This document shows positions 1-12,990 of a stretch of 64,000 nt of DNA, one piece after another. The notes beneath the pieces are model-generated. The model was not told the origin of the DNA. It worked only from the letters and a program-made list of their open reading frames with translations, and did not search any database. How positions within the stretch are numbered: position 1 is the stretch's first letter; every line of letters begins with the position of its first letter. The translations under genes and the position numbers were made by a program. Origin of the DNA: Octopus vulgaris (taxonomy: Eukaryota); contig OX597816.1 of the NCBI GenBank assembly GCA_951406725.2, forward strand, positions 19,592,001 through 19,656,000, read 5' to 3'.

Positions 1-21
1 TACATATAGATATATATATAT

Positions 22-173
22 ACGATGGGCTTCTTTCAGTTTCCGTCTACCAAATCCACTTACAAAGCTTTGGTCGGCCCGAAGCTATAGCAGAATACAC
101 TTACCCAAGATGCCACTCAGTAGGGCTGAACCCTGAACCATGTGGCTGGGAAGCAAGCTTCTTACCACACAGC
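22..173 (-). mobile_element. tRNA-derived SINE family B, 5' part
   Basis: Reverse complement matches the head of the full copies at 46210 and 58699 (gctgtgtggtaag...ggttcagcccta...cttgggtaagtg...gacggaaactgaaagaagccc). Confidence 0.85.
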
Positions 174-718
174 TAAATGTTTTGTCTTATTCAGCAGATA
201 CAACCCAGTTCCAGAATAATTGTAGAGTTCTTAAGTAATTACTCAAATATGTGAAGTTGATAGCTGATAAATTTCAACGGGTTTCTTTCTGTCTGCGTCT
301 CTCTCTTATGGCTTTCTCGCTCTCTTTCAAGTTTTTCATCCTTTTTAAAAAGGATACTATATTCTAATTTTGAAGTGCCTACTATAAATAACAATGGTGG
401 TAAGAAATGTCAAATCAAGTTACTGTGTAAATCATTACAAAATTGATCCACACGATTTTTCCTGGTAAACATTTATATATAATACGTTGACATTTTTATT
501 TCATTTATAAGCACCACAGACGGTTAGCAAAATTGCCAACTCATGTAAAAGTAAAATATCCAGAAATATATTCAAAGAACTTACATTTACACTGCTTTAT
601 TGTTGTACTGAATGAAAACTAAAGAATTTACATGCAATCCTGTTAAGTATTTCGGTATCAGAACACTGACATTTAAACTTAAGTTTCATAGAATATGACG
701 TATCTGTCGTATGCTTTT

Positions 719-1241
719 GTCTTCTTCTTCTTCTTCTTCTTCTTCTTCTTCTTCTTCTTCTTCTTCTTCTTCTTCTTCTTCTTCTTCTTCTTCTTCTTCT
801 TCTTCTTCTTCTCCTTCTTCTTCTCCTCCTCCTTCTCCTCCTCCTTCTCCTCCTCCTGCTCATTCTTCTCTTCTTCTCCTCTTCTTCTTCTTCTTCTTCT
901 TCTCCTTCATCTTCTTCTTCTCCTCCTCCTCCTCCTTCTCCTTCTCCTTCCCCTTCTTCTTCTTCTTCTTCTTCTCATTCTCCTCCTTCTCCTCCTCCTC
1001 CTCTTTCTTCTTCTCTTCTTCTCCTGCTCTTCTTCTTCTTCTTCTACTTCCTTTTCTTTTTCTTCTTCTTCTTCTTCTTCTTCTCATCATTCTCCTTCTT
1101 CTTCTTCTCCTCCTTCTTCTTCTCCTTTCCTCCTTCTTCTTCTTCTTCTTCTTCTTCTTCTTCTTTTTCACCTCCTCCTTCTTCTTCTTCTCCTCCTCCT
1201 CCTCCTCTTTCTTCTTCTTCTTCTTCTTCTTCTTCTTCTTC
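719..1241. repeat. (TTC/CTC)n compound microsatellite, probably an expanded (GAA)n tail of the adjacent LINE fragment
   Basis: Visible tandem repeat that directly abuts the stop codon of the minus-strand LINE-like ORF at 1247. Confidence 0.95.
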
Positions 1242-1244
1242 TGC

Positions 1245-1530
1245 CTTTAACCCTCCAACGCAGAGTATAGGCCACTTTTAATTGAATTCCATGTCGCATA
1301 ATTTTTCGCTTCTGTACTTATACTCTGCCATGAATGTCCCCCTTTCTCTAATTCCTTTTGTTTTGATCTACGCCACGAGGTCTTAGGCCTTACCTCTCCT
1401 TCAAAATCCATCCGGATTCCACTGTAAAGCACTTTTCTCTACATTTGGTGTGTCTTTTCTAATTGTGCCACCAATCCACTTCCACTCTTTCTTAAATATT
1501 TGCTCCCTCATCGAAACTTGAATGCGCTAA
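1245..1530 (-). mobile_element. RTE-type LINE 3' end fragment, degenerate
   Basis: Translation RPKTSWRRS..KELEKGGHSWQSI..EAKN..TW....GLYS resembles RTE ORF C-termini and is followed by (GAA)n. Confidence 0.65.
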
Positions 1531-1611
1531 TCACCCGTGCAATAGATTTTTTTCAAATTGATTATGAAAATACTGATAGTATGTTTTTTTTTGTAACGAA
1601 GCTTATTTATA

Positions 1612-2298
1612 GCAGTGTTATGATTTACATTATTAACATTATTTACATTTGACGGATATTCGTCCTCATATTTTTTGCTGTTTACACAAAGTTTAGGCTG
1701 ATATACCGTCCATCCTGATGAAGGCTAGACGGTATATCAGCGGCGAGCTGGCAGAAACGTTAGCACGCCGGGCGAAATGCTTTGCGGTATTTCGTCTGCC
1801 GCTACGTTCTGAGTTCAATTTCCGCCGAGGTCGACTTTGCCTTTCATCCTTGTGGGGTCGATTAAATAAGTACCAGTTACATCCTGGGTTCGATGTAATC
1901 GACTTAATACCTATGTCTGTCCTTGTTTGTTCCCTCTATGTTTAGCCCCTTGTGGGTAATAAAGAAATAGGTATTTCGTCTGCCGTTACTTTTTGAGTTC
2001 AATTTCCGCCGAGGTCGACTTTGCCTTTCATCCTTTCGGGGTCGATTAAATAAGTACCAGTTACGAACTGGGGTCGATATAATCGGCTTAATCCGTTTGT
2101 CTGTCCTTGTTTGTCCTCTCTGTGGTTAGCCCCTTGTGGGTAGTAAAGAAATAGGTATATCAGCGGTATATCAACGGTATATCAGCCGAAACTTTGTGTT
2201 AACAGCAAAAAAGATGAGGACAAATATCCATCAAATGTAAATAACGTAAATAATGTAAATAATGTACATAATTCCTCATTTCTTAAATATAGAACTGT
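1612..2298. mobile_element. Penelope-like pseudo-LTR inverted pair with a disrupted hammerhead motif, interrupted by a SINE
   Basis: Arm ~1636-1710 is the reverse complement of ~2175-2243. CTGATGA-AGGCT (1715)...AGCC-GAAA (2188) is split by a SINE A dimer, and ggtatatcagc is repeated on both sides. Confidence 0.65.
1739..2153 (+). mobile_element. tRNA-derived SINE family A, dimeric
   Basis: Head ggcgagctggcagaa...gagttcaa(a)ttcc (A/B-box like), central gtcgactttgcctttcatcctttcggggtcgat(t)aaataagtaccag, body repeated twice. Confidence 0.9.
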
Positions 2299-3134
2299 AT
2301 TGTTATTATTGTCTTTAAGTCGAAGATCCGCTGTAATAGTGTAGATTTATGAACAAAGACCACCATCAGTTACTATCAATAAACATCCAAGAACATTAGA
2401 AAAATCTACCGTAGACCCTCCATTTTTCCCCTAGGAATGATTTTCTATTTTCAATGCGTACTACACTATAACAATATTAACAGTAGAATTATTTGTAATA
2501 GTCCCCGTGTATTACTGTTACTTATTTCAAGCAGAATAAAAGGCGATTTCGGTCAATACGATATTTTAATTCCAATGGATTGAGAAGAAGTCAGCTAATT
2601 AATGCAATTAATCAGAAAGCTTAATGACGCTTCAGGCACTGACATAATGAGTCAAATCTTGAAATGAAATTTGAAAGAATCAGAATTTTAAATGGCGTAA
2701 GTTGCGTAGATTTATCAATTCAGATATCCCTAGAGACAGCTCTCTTATTCGCATTCATTCGACCAGGATGATGAGCCCTGAGATGTAATATAGTGAAATT
2801 ATATTGAAAACTAATAAAAATTTCTGCACGCATATCTAAATTTAGGAAAGGAATTAACGAGCTTTTTCACTCGGTTTCACAATTTCAAACAAAGAAAGGC
2901 AAGAAGCCTGCTGTAAATGACAGATGGTCATACAATAAATAACGGCAAAATATCCAGTGAATCACAAAACCACTACTTTAAAATGGGAGCCAGAGTGATA
3001 ATCATCTTCTTTTGCTCATACACAAGAAAGACAATTTACTCACGACTTTGAAGCATTTGATCAGGATATTGCGCCCTGAAATATTTATGTTTATGAAATA
3101 ACTTATTCTTGTGTGTGTGTGGGGGGTGTATGTG

Positions 3135-3208
<74 letters not shown>

Positions 3209-3223
3209 TGTGTCTGTGTGTGA

Positions 3224-3530
3224 CTTCTCGCGCGTTAAGGAGCGCAGTTTAGTGGTTAGAGTATGCAGTTCACCACAACCAGCGACATGTGTCCTTAAAC
3301 AAAGCGGTTTAGTTCACGTTATTCCAGTCCGCTCAGCAGGCAAAAAGTATACGTTTAATCGTAATTCAAATAGCCATCTTTGTGACACTCTGTGCCACAC
3401 TGAATATCGTTAAGAACTACCCTACGGGTATTCATATCTCTGAAGTGTTCAGCCACCTGCACGATATTTTCACAAGTAGCTTGTACCTATGATCGGAGCA
3501 GCTGGAACTCTGATCGTCGTAACCAGCATA
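3224..3530 (+). mobile_element. Degenerate SINE (head type D)
   Basis: ttagtggttagag head; body and tail similar to the copy at 53232-53550. Confidence 0.6.
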
Positions 3531-3541
3531 GGTCAAGTTAA

Positions 3542-3631
<90 letters not shown>

Positions 3632-3636
<5 letters not shown>

Positions 3637-3806
3637 ATCCAAACATGAAAACACAAAGAGAAAAACACAACAACGCGAGTATGTGGAACAAGTATAGTAT
3701 TATTGGACGCCCAGGAAAGAAGGAAAGAAGGAGGGTTTAACGTTTCGAGCGGAGCTCTTCGTCAGAAACATAGAAAAAGGAAAGGTCCAAAGAAGGGAAG
3801 ACGGAG

Positions 3807-3810
<4 letters not shown>
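3632..3810 (-). mobile_element. Short Penelope-like terminal repeat set in (TA)n
   Basis: Second copy at 24091-24275; contains a hammerhead motif. Confidence 0.65.
3735..3769 (-). ncRNA. Minimal type-I hammerhead ribozyme motif
   Basis: Minus strand reads GUUU-CUGACGA-A-GAGC-UCC-GCUC-GAAA-C-GUU-AAAC: intact core, stems I and II pair, palindromic AACGUU helix III. Confidence 0.75.
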
Positions 3811-3855
<45 letters not shown>

Positions 3856-3860
3856 TTGTG

Positions 3861-3938
<78 letters not shown>

Positions 3939-3949
3939 ATTAAGTATGT

Positions 3950-4570
3950 AAATCATTACTCAGTTTTATTTCAAGATTTCTTGCCAATAGAGAAAGAGCG
4001 GTTTTCTAACATAGATCAAGGGTTCCTTGATTGGAAATACAACATCAGCAGGATACATTTTTTATGTATGTATATATGCATGTATGTATGCACGTATGTA
4101 TGTATGTGCAAATATGTATGTTTTATGTATGTATACTCATGTATATATTTACTTATCTAGAGAAGCTCATATATATTTAAATGATAAACTTCTGCAAAGT
4201 TTTACAGATGTTTACAGTTCCACTGATGGATTGGATCTGTAATCTTCGAATTAGCTTTCTCCTTTCTGGTTTTGCGAAGCCTAATTTCTCAAGATTGGTA
4301 TTTAGGCAGTGTGATACATATCCCAAGGCCCCCAGTACTTACAGATATAAACCTGAGTTTGTCATCTGGATAGAGTAACTGCAGATTTCCCAATAGTTCA
4401 GCATAGGTGTTCTCTTTTTCACTGGTCTTCAGCTTTATGTTAACATCGGCTTTGCAGCTAATGTCCACAACTGTGCACAGTTTCTCTTCGCTATCCCAAA
4501 TCATTATATCAAGTCAGTTGTGCTTACACGTTATTGTGGCCTTCACTGGTATATTCCACCAGTATTCCTT
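3950..4570 (-). pseudogene. R4/Dong-clade LINE 3' fragment (restriction-like endonuclease domain plus 3' UTR)
   Basis: Translation EYWWNIPVK..TCKHN*LDIMIWDSEEKLCTVVDISCKADVNIKLKTSEKENTYAELL matches the PD-(D/E)xK RLE C-terminus pattern; contains stops. Confidence 0.75.
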
Positions 4571-4761
4571 TTGTATATATGTATGTATGTATATGTGCAG
4601 ATTTGTATGTTTTGCTTTATGCATGCATTGTCATGAATATGGTTGCATATCTTTACCTGCTTATATAACCACGAGAAATGAGTTATACAATTACGGTTTC
4701 TTCTATAACTACAGCTCGAAAGAATTTGCTTACCTGCTGTGTTGTTGTCTTCGCTCTGTTT

Positions 4762-5137
4762 TGTATGTATGCATGTATGTATGTATGTATGTATGTATGT
4801 ATGTATGTGTGTATGTATGTATGTATGTACGTTTGTATGTACGTATGTGTGTATATATATATATGTATGTATGTATATATGTATGTATGTATGTGTGCGT
4901 GTATGTATGTATGTATGTGTGTATGTATGTATGTATGTATGTATGTATGTTTGTATGTATGCATGCATGTATGTATGTATGTATGTATGTACGTTTGTAT
5001 GTACGTATGTGTGTATATATATATGTATGTATGTATATATATATATGTATGTATGTGTGTGTGTATGTATGTATGTATGTATGTGTGTATATATGTATGC
5101 ATGTATGTATGTATGTATGTATGTACGTATGTATATG
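4762..5137. repeat. (TATG)n microsatellite
   Basis: Visible tandem repeat. Confidence 0.95.
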
Positions 5138-6827
5138 CATTAGATTGGTTGGACACTAGATGAATGTATATTTTCGTGTAGAATATATCGATAGGGAATA
5201 CCAAGTTAAAAATCTGGAAAACAAAAAATATCCTATCAATAACAAATTTTTAAAAAATATAGATTTACATTATATTAAAATAAAGTTAAGTATGATCATT
5301 ACACAGGCAATAACTTGCAACAGTAGATAAAATAAAATTACTTCATTATACCGCGTATTTCCTACACACTAACAATATAGATTTCAAGGCAAATTACATA
5401 TTCTTTAGCAAATGATATTTTTCTCGTTTCTTCCAACCAGTTATTTTTACCATTTTTTTTCTTTCTCCACAAGGTCGTTAGTGAACATTCGCATGACAGA
5501 ATTTGTCATTCACATTGGCCAAGAATAATATTACTAATGGAGCTGCGCGCAGTGTGTATTTTAGATTTATGAAAGCCCCGAACCAAAAAAAAAAAAATAA
5601 TAAAAAACACAAACTGAGAATCAACAAGTAAAAAATACAAATTTCTCAACCAAAACCAAATTAGGGTGGTTAGCAGACAACAAGGGATACTGCATGATTC
5701 CAGAAATATTTCCTTTGAAATGTCCAATACAACGCTTGTTCGCTTGTTCAATTCAATAGATCTATTTCAGTGAACTAGTGGCATAATTTGCCATTTCCTG
5801 TGCATTTATTTCTCATTTGACTCTTTTCATGTTCTTTTTCCTTATTTTTCACTTCCTTCCTCTTTAGTATTCATTTATTAAGATTGTTTGTAAACTGATA
5901 TTTTTTATATTTAATGATGTATAAATGTGCGTGCGCCTGTATGTGTATACATATATAATATCCATATACATACACACACACACGCGCGCGCATATCATTT
6001 TACATCGTTCAAGTTTAGAAACGCATATTCACATGCATATCTACATGCTTGCCCACACACACATATGCAGATATACCCATATATACATATCTATGTGCTT
6101 GTGTAACTTATTCAAATATAACTGAGTATTAGTGTGTATGCGTGTAGGAGGGTCTGTATATATAATGCAGAATTTAATATGCATATATTCTGTTTGAAAC
6201 TTGGATTTCCATGTTAATACACGGAATAGAGACTAATATGAAAATTGAATGTTCTTCTTTAAACATCCGTATAATAACCATTCTACTGCATCCCCTCGAT
6301 GTAATATACTTTCAGTTACACAACACCGAAATTTGAAATTAAGCATTCGTGTGTCCTCAAACACAACTGCGATAGACACGGATAATTTTACTCTTGGAAA
6401 CAGGAAGATGACTTCAAGAAAAAAAAAGCGTACACGGGCAAAACCCTACGCCGTCAAAGTTGTGGAGCGCAAATCTTGTCGTGGACCTTAAAAATATTAT
6501 GGATCTCCAATTTACAATTTTGATTGCGTGGGCCCCACAAAAATCTGTTTTAATGTTTCTCTCCTTTTACCTATCTCTACCTCCCTCCCCTTCACTCTCT
6601 CTTTCTGTTGTGTGGTCGCCCCAAGACGATGAAGTAGGCTAGCCCAATGCATAGATATAGTGGAAGAAGCCTAGACATCAAGAGTAGTAGGGTAGAGAGA
6701 GCAGAGTAGAGTTCAGTAGAGGTCATCCGAACGTGCGACATAACACTTTTTCTCTCTGCTTGTCTCTCTGTTTCTGTCTCTGTCTCTTTGTCTCTGCCTC
6801 TGTCACTCTATATCTGTCTCTCTGTCC

Positions 6828-6870
<43 letters not shown>

Positions 6871-7336
6871 ATGTATGTACATAACTTTGGGCACCTACTA
6901 GTACAGGTATTGGTTTGCATTCCGTGCCTAAGCGTATTATTTCCTTAAACAGGCTGAACATCCAGTCCTCCGTGCCAATACCGGATTACAGGAGCATAAA
7001 AAGCACCAAAACAGGGAGCGATTGTGTGTGGTTTGCATAATTCCTGCTGACGAACGCATTCATTGTATCAATATATTTTTAATCAAAATGTTCTCATTCA
7101 CTTTGAATTCGTTTCACTGAGAATAAAAGCGTTAAGTTAATGTTTGATTAAAATTGAAATGAAGAAACCCCTATACAAGCAATTATCTTGGCACGAAATA
7201 TAAATTAAGACAACCAGATGAAATACAAGACCCGCATTGTACTGTATGATGTAATTGATAATATGATGCATTAAACAGTATCGTTGTGTTTCTATTCACC
7301 GGGAAATAGTGGTTTAACAATATCATTTCTTGATAA

Positions 7337-7740
7337 GGCGGCGAGCTGGCAGAAACGGCAGCACGCCGGGCGAAATGCGTAGCCGTATTTCATCTGCCGC
7401 TACGTTCTGAGTTCAAATTCCGCCGGGGTTGACTTTGCCTTTCATCCTTTAGGGGTCGATAAATTAAAGACCAGTTACGTACTGGGGTCGATATAACCGA
7501 CTTAATCCGTTTGTCTGTCCTTGTGTGTCCCCTCTGTGTTTAGCCCCTTGTGGGTGGTAACGAAATAGATATTCATCTATCTTTCTGTTCTGAGCTAAAA
7601 TCCCGCCGAAGTCGACTTTGCCTTCCATCCTTTCAGGGGACAACAAATTAAGTACCAGTTGCGTACTGGGATTGATCTAATCGACTGGCCCCCACCCCCT
7701 AAAATTTCGGGCCCTGTGCCTAGAGTAGAAAATAATATTT
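7337..7740 (+). mobile_element. SINE family A, dimeric
   Basis: ggcggcgagctggcagaa head and two copies of the central domain. Confidence 0.9.
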
Positions 7741-8500
7741 CTTGATAGTTTATACGCAATATCATTTTTTGATAGATTTGAAATCGAAATATGCATTTGT
7801 TTAAGAAAACTATATTTGAAAAATTAAGCACAATTTTATAAATGAGTGCCTGTATTGGTCTATTAAATGCGTATTGATTGCGCAAACGCAATTTTATATG
7901 CAATGAATGATAATTTGTTCATTATCATTAATGAACAAATAAGATAATTTATTATCTCCATCAATAAGGGTTCTAATAATTAATTTATAAACTGAGGGAC
8001 AAATAGGGAGTACATATCTCATCTTTATATATTATAATTTTTCAAATCCATCGCGCAAGTTCGGTTATAGTCGGCAGCAAAAAACAAAAAATATATATTC
8101 TTATATATATGCGTATGCATATGTCATCAATACGCATATATATGTGTGTGTCTGTATGTATATATTTACAGTATACGTGAATATGTACAGGTATATATAC
8201 GCTGACATTCATACTAAATTCATATTGACGCCTTTTTTACTAAAACAATGACAGACGTACTGCCAAGAAATGACATGAAACTCTAATAAATAAGGATTTA
8301 ATTTTCTAATGGGTTTCCCACTTTCTTTCTTGATTGCAGTAGTGTCAGCGCTCTAACCTTTGCTCCACTTTAGAGGAAAAAAAGCTTCAAATATCTTCTA
8401 CACTGCATCAAGGTATTACAATCAAATCATCATCTTAAAGCCCTCATCATATGATTTGTAAAAGCAGAAACAGTAATTTTAGAAAGAGCGGCAGCTGCAA

Positions 8501-8515
8501 TAGTAGTAGTAGTAT

Positions 8516-8553
<38 letters not shown>

Positions 8554-8674
8554 ATAGTAGTAGTAGCAGCGGCATAAGTAGCATATGGTGCCGCTGTGGC
8601 GGTGGCGTGATCGTAGACCTTGAAGTGGTTTTGGAAAAGGGGCTGGTGGTAGCCTTATTATTATTAGTAGTAGC

Positions 8675-8735
<61 letters not shown>
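8501..8735. repeat. (TAG)n microsatellites (two tracts)
   Basis: Visible tandem repeats. Confidence 0.9.
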
Positions 8736-8736
<1 letters not shown>

Positions 8737-8912
8737 CCCTATCGTATCGTTCGTAAGCTCATCACTAATATCCGCTGTCACTAAAACGACAAGATAGTGC
8801 TGTTACGTCCTTGGTACTTAGGTGAATTTTTGCCACACTTATAACTATTTCTTTATTTTTACTGTGTTATTTGTACACATTGAAAACATACACATACCTT
8901 TACACGTACACA

Positions 8913-8957
<45 letters not shown>

Positions 8958-8961
8958 ACAC

Positions 8962-8992
<31 letters not shown>

Positions 8993-9269
8993 AAAGTATA
9001 AGTCCTACTTCTAAAATCTCTCTAAGAGATGAACGCAGTAGTTGTGCTAACTAGTAATGTTCGTAACCTCTTCAGCATTGGTGTCGGTTCGAACGGACTT
9101 TACTGCGATTTTTTAACCCCATGAGGACATTTCCTTTAACTGGTTAAAAATACATACATGCATCCAAGATAGATTTTGCGGGAAGGGGAGCGAACCCCTA
9201 CTACCTTATATGTGTATATGTATATATATTAAACACTTACATTTGTATGTATTATATACATGCATATTC

Positions 9270-9351
9270 ATATATCTATATATATATATATACATATATA
9301 TCTATATATATATGTATATATATATATAAATGTATATATATATACATATAA

Positions 9352-9388
<37 letters not shown>

Positions 9389-9396
9389 CATACATA

Positions 9397-9491
<95 letters not shown>

Positions 9492-9560
9492 GTGTGTGTG
9501 TGTGTATGTATGTATATACATATGCAGACGCATACATAAATACATACATACATACATATG
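9270..9560. repeat. (TA)n/(TG)n compound microsatellite
   Basis: Visible tandem repeat. Confidence 0.9.
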
Positions 9561-10709
9561 TAAATGAATGTGGTTTTAGAAATCAATAAAACTTGTGATT
9601 TGCTATTGACAAGTGTAAGAAGATTTGGTTTGAAATGCCTTCTTAATAGCAATGTTAATTGACGGAAGCATTGATCCAAATTTCTTTCATTCAATGGAAA
9701 TCGAAGAATACAAACAATATTCTTCTACACATCCTTTTATAGAAAGGATTGAGAAAGCCAGCCATAAGAAAGAAAAACGTAAGAAAGAAAATAAATTCAT
9801 GATATATATATATGTGGGGGGGGGGAGGGGTGCATGTGTGTGTGTTTGGAGAGAGAGACAGATAGACATAGATAGATATAGGGAATTACTTAGGTATTTA
9901 GGTAAGTAGGTAGGTAGGTAGGTAGGTAGGGATGTAGGTAGGTAGGGATGTAGGTAGGTAGGTAGGTTGGTAGGTAGGTAGGTAAGCTACGTCGATAGAC
10001 AGATAGAGAAGATAGATTGGCTGTTCTATAACATAGATATGTAGATAGAGAGATGGATAGATATAGGGAGATATTGATAAGTATGCATATTTGCATATGT
10101 GTGTGTGTCTGTGTGTAGCTGTTCCAGTGCTTCTTTGTGTGTGTGTGTCTGTGCCTATACTCCTTTGTATATGTGTGTGTGTTTGTATGTGTGTGAGTGT
10201 GCCTGCGCTTTTTTGTGTGTAACTTTACCAAATTCAGACAAAACTCATTTATATTTTGCAGTCTATGTGTGACAATGTGAGGTTGCCATTTGCGATTATA
10301 TAGAATTGGTGTTGATGAATATTTTTTTACTGCGATGATTTCTTATTGTAGCAGCTGTGCTATTAATTATTGTAAACGAGTTTTGGATCTTTAAGTTGTC
10401 TATATATTTATATATTGTCCTAACACAACGGTTTCTTTCTGATGCTATTACTGACACAACGATGGTCTTTGCAGCAACATCAAATGTTATTGATGGACGC
10501 TTCGTATGATATTAAAGTCCGGGATGCTGTTGGTTCGACCATTTTTATTTTAGCTATTGTTTGTGACAGGGAGAAACATCATATAGTCAATCCTCCAGAT
10601 TATTCATAGCATATTGAAGACAATGTTGATATTCGTATTACTGTTAAAAATGCGATCTGGCAAAATACTAAACGACATTTCATCTTTACGTTCTGTATTC
10701 AAATAACCG

Positions 10710-11123
10710 GTATCTTTTCGGTTTGAACGGCAGTTTTTAACATAATTTCTAGGTAACTAAGAAATTTTAAACCTCGTATACTGGTACAATGTGTTTATAA
10801 AACATCTTTTTCTCTTGGTTTTATTGAGAACATTCTATAGTTTGTAAGATATTTGTTGTTTTTTCCTCAATTTCTGCAATTTCAACCAATGAAATACGTC
10901 TATTGGGGTGAAAACATTCTGTGCCGTATGAATATGTCCCTCGTTTAAGAAACAGATTGGGTTTATTTACATTTCTGAACAAAAAAAGATACCATTCCCC
11001 CCACCCCTGACCCTAACCCTAGACCAGATTGAAATGCAATAGATAGATACTAGGGTCATAGTTATGGGTGACAATTTCATATGACACCGCTAGAAAAAAC
11101 TGCCGTTCAAACCGAAAAGATCC
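10710..11123. mobile_element. TIR MITE with 8-bp TSD (Merlin-like termini), inserted in a SINE A copy
   Basis: TIR g(t/g)atcttttcggtttgaacggcagttttt at both ends; aataaccg duplicated at 10702-10709 and 11124-11131. Confidence 0.85.
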
Positions 11124-11240
11124 AATAACCGTAGTAGTCGACTCTGTCTTTTATCATTTCAGGGTCGATAAAGAAAGTAGCAGTGAAGCACTGGAATTGA
11201 TGGAATCGACTTATTACTTGTCTCGTACTTGCTGATTTTG

Positions 11241-11656
11241 CAGGGCTGGATTAAGACCCATCGAGTCCATAAGCACTTAAAAGATTTTGGTGCCCCCACA
11301 AAAGATTATGTAATTCAAAATATAAACAATAACCACAAGACAAATTTTTATTTCTCAAAACGAAACAAAACAGAGGGAAAATCATATTCATTTTTTTTAT
11401 ACTTCCACTTTATATTTGAAAAGTTTCTTCCTTCTTTTTGGGATTGCAAAGTCCTTGATCAGATCCTCAAAATTAATCTTGGGTAACACATCTGAATCTA
11501 TACTTAGTAGAGATAAAGGCATCCTGAATATCATTTTAGTAAGTTTAAAGTGATTTCTTTTGTACAGTAAACCATTTACCATTTCTGTGTTACTGTCCTC
11601 CTACCCTTGATGCCCTAAGCACGTGCTTATTTTGCTTAATGGTTAATCCAGCGCTG
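11241..11656. mobile_element. hAT-like MITE
   Basis: TIRs cagggctggattaa / ttaatccagcgctg; flanks tgattttg / tggctttg form a degenerate 8-bp TSD. Confidence 0.75.
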
Positions 11657-12162
11657 TGGCTTTGTGCCAACATTTGTATTACCAGTAATGATCTAAAGAG
11701 TATGATTGTGAATACAAGCGGCCAAAATGGGGTTTCACCGAAGGATCTCTGAGGTAACTTTGCTCCATAGGTTGCATAGATAAGAGTTCAAACTGTCTTA
11801 CTAATTTGAATCACCACATATTCATATTGAGATGTTACAGCTATGGCACTATGGGCATGTAATTAGAATGACATACGAAAGAACAGATGACGGATTCTTC
11901 AAGCCGAGCCAATAAATGGAAGACCTATTGGTAGACCAAGAACGGGATCGTCTCAGTTTGGTTGCACCTGTGGATTTGGTGTATTGATGTAATTTTCCAC
12001 GCTGAATCTCAAGAGATAATACACTTTCTTCAGAAAAAGTTTTCGAAAAATGTTACAGAGGATTAAAATTTTGATAATGTTTGCCCAATCAGAAAACAGG
12101 ATTTCGAAGTTGTCATTCTGTGCGTGACAGCACGTGTTGTCAACTGCAGACAAATGAAATAT

Positions 12163-12990
12163 TGGTGGAATTCTGCTTCACGCATGACATATAACATTTT
12201 GAGGAATTTTCAGAAAATTTTTGCGAATATGCATTTTATACATTGGAATTCATACGATTATGCAAACACCACTAAAAAAAATTGGTGAGTGATTTAAGGC
12301 CTATTTAGCTGATATTTATAACACATCTCATGATCACTTCATACCAAATGTGTCTTAATAAGCGACAAAAAGAACACGTGGTAAGCAGCATGCTAACAGC
12401 TGAGCTTGTTGCCACAGGAAAGAGTCGCGTATATGTCTTTAACTTTCGATTGGCTAAAATTACTCAAAATTTCCTAACTTTAAAAGCTATTAACTCTTTA
12501 TTCATTGATTTATGGCAAAAATGAATTTCATGTCAATGACTACTTTACAAAGCTGCATCAACACACCAAATATGAAATTAAATGGGACAAGAATTGAAGA
12601 AAAGTTCCCCAAGCAGAAAAGATCCCCCAGAACGGGATGGACGGAAAAAATGCAGTCTCGGTCACGGTTTGGAATTTAGAGTAAAATTGTAATACTGGTT
12701 GCTTCTCATGTGACCTTACAGAGGAGGTGCCTGAAGACTATCCCAGGAATTGTAGGCGGAGAAATTTAATGTATCATCGCAGAATTAGTAATTTCTCTGG
12801 GTTGAGAAATTATATATGCTGCTAACCACGTGTTCTTTTTGTCGCTTATTAAGACACATTTGGTATGAAGTGATTATGAGATGTGTTATAAATATCAGCT
12901 AAATAGGCCTTAAATCACTCATCAATTTTTTTAGTGGTTTTTGCATAATCGTTTGAATTCCAATGTATAATTTTTTACTTACTTACGTCA
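12163..12990. mobile_element. Long-TIR non-autonomous DNA element
   Basis: 12236-12391 is a near-perfect inverted repeat of 12816-12970; left terminus ggtggaattctgcttcacgca resembles the termini at 51051 and 51771. Confidence 0.75.

Noticed and set aside
597-1270. Poly-R/F/S/L/K ORFs
   Set aside because: Translations of a (TTC)n microsatellite.
5455-5575. Possible splice acceptors and exons (also ~8340, ~34848)
   Set aside because: No matched donor with an open, recognisable reading frame; a host gene cannot be supported, though micro-exons cannot be excluded.
9035-9085. CTGAAGA...ACTAGTTAGCA on the minus strand as a hammerhead
   Set aside because: GAAA and stem II are missing; at best a decayed remnant.
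11004-11022. CCCTAA telomere-like units (also ~39950-39972)
   Set aside because: Only 2-3 degenerate units inside repeats; not an interstitial telomere array.
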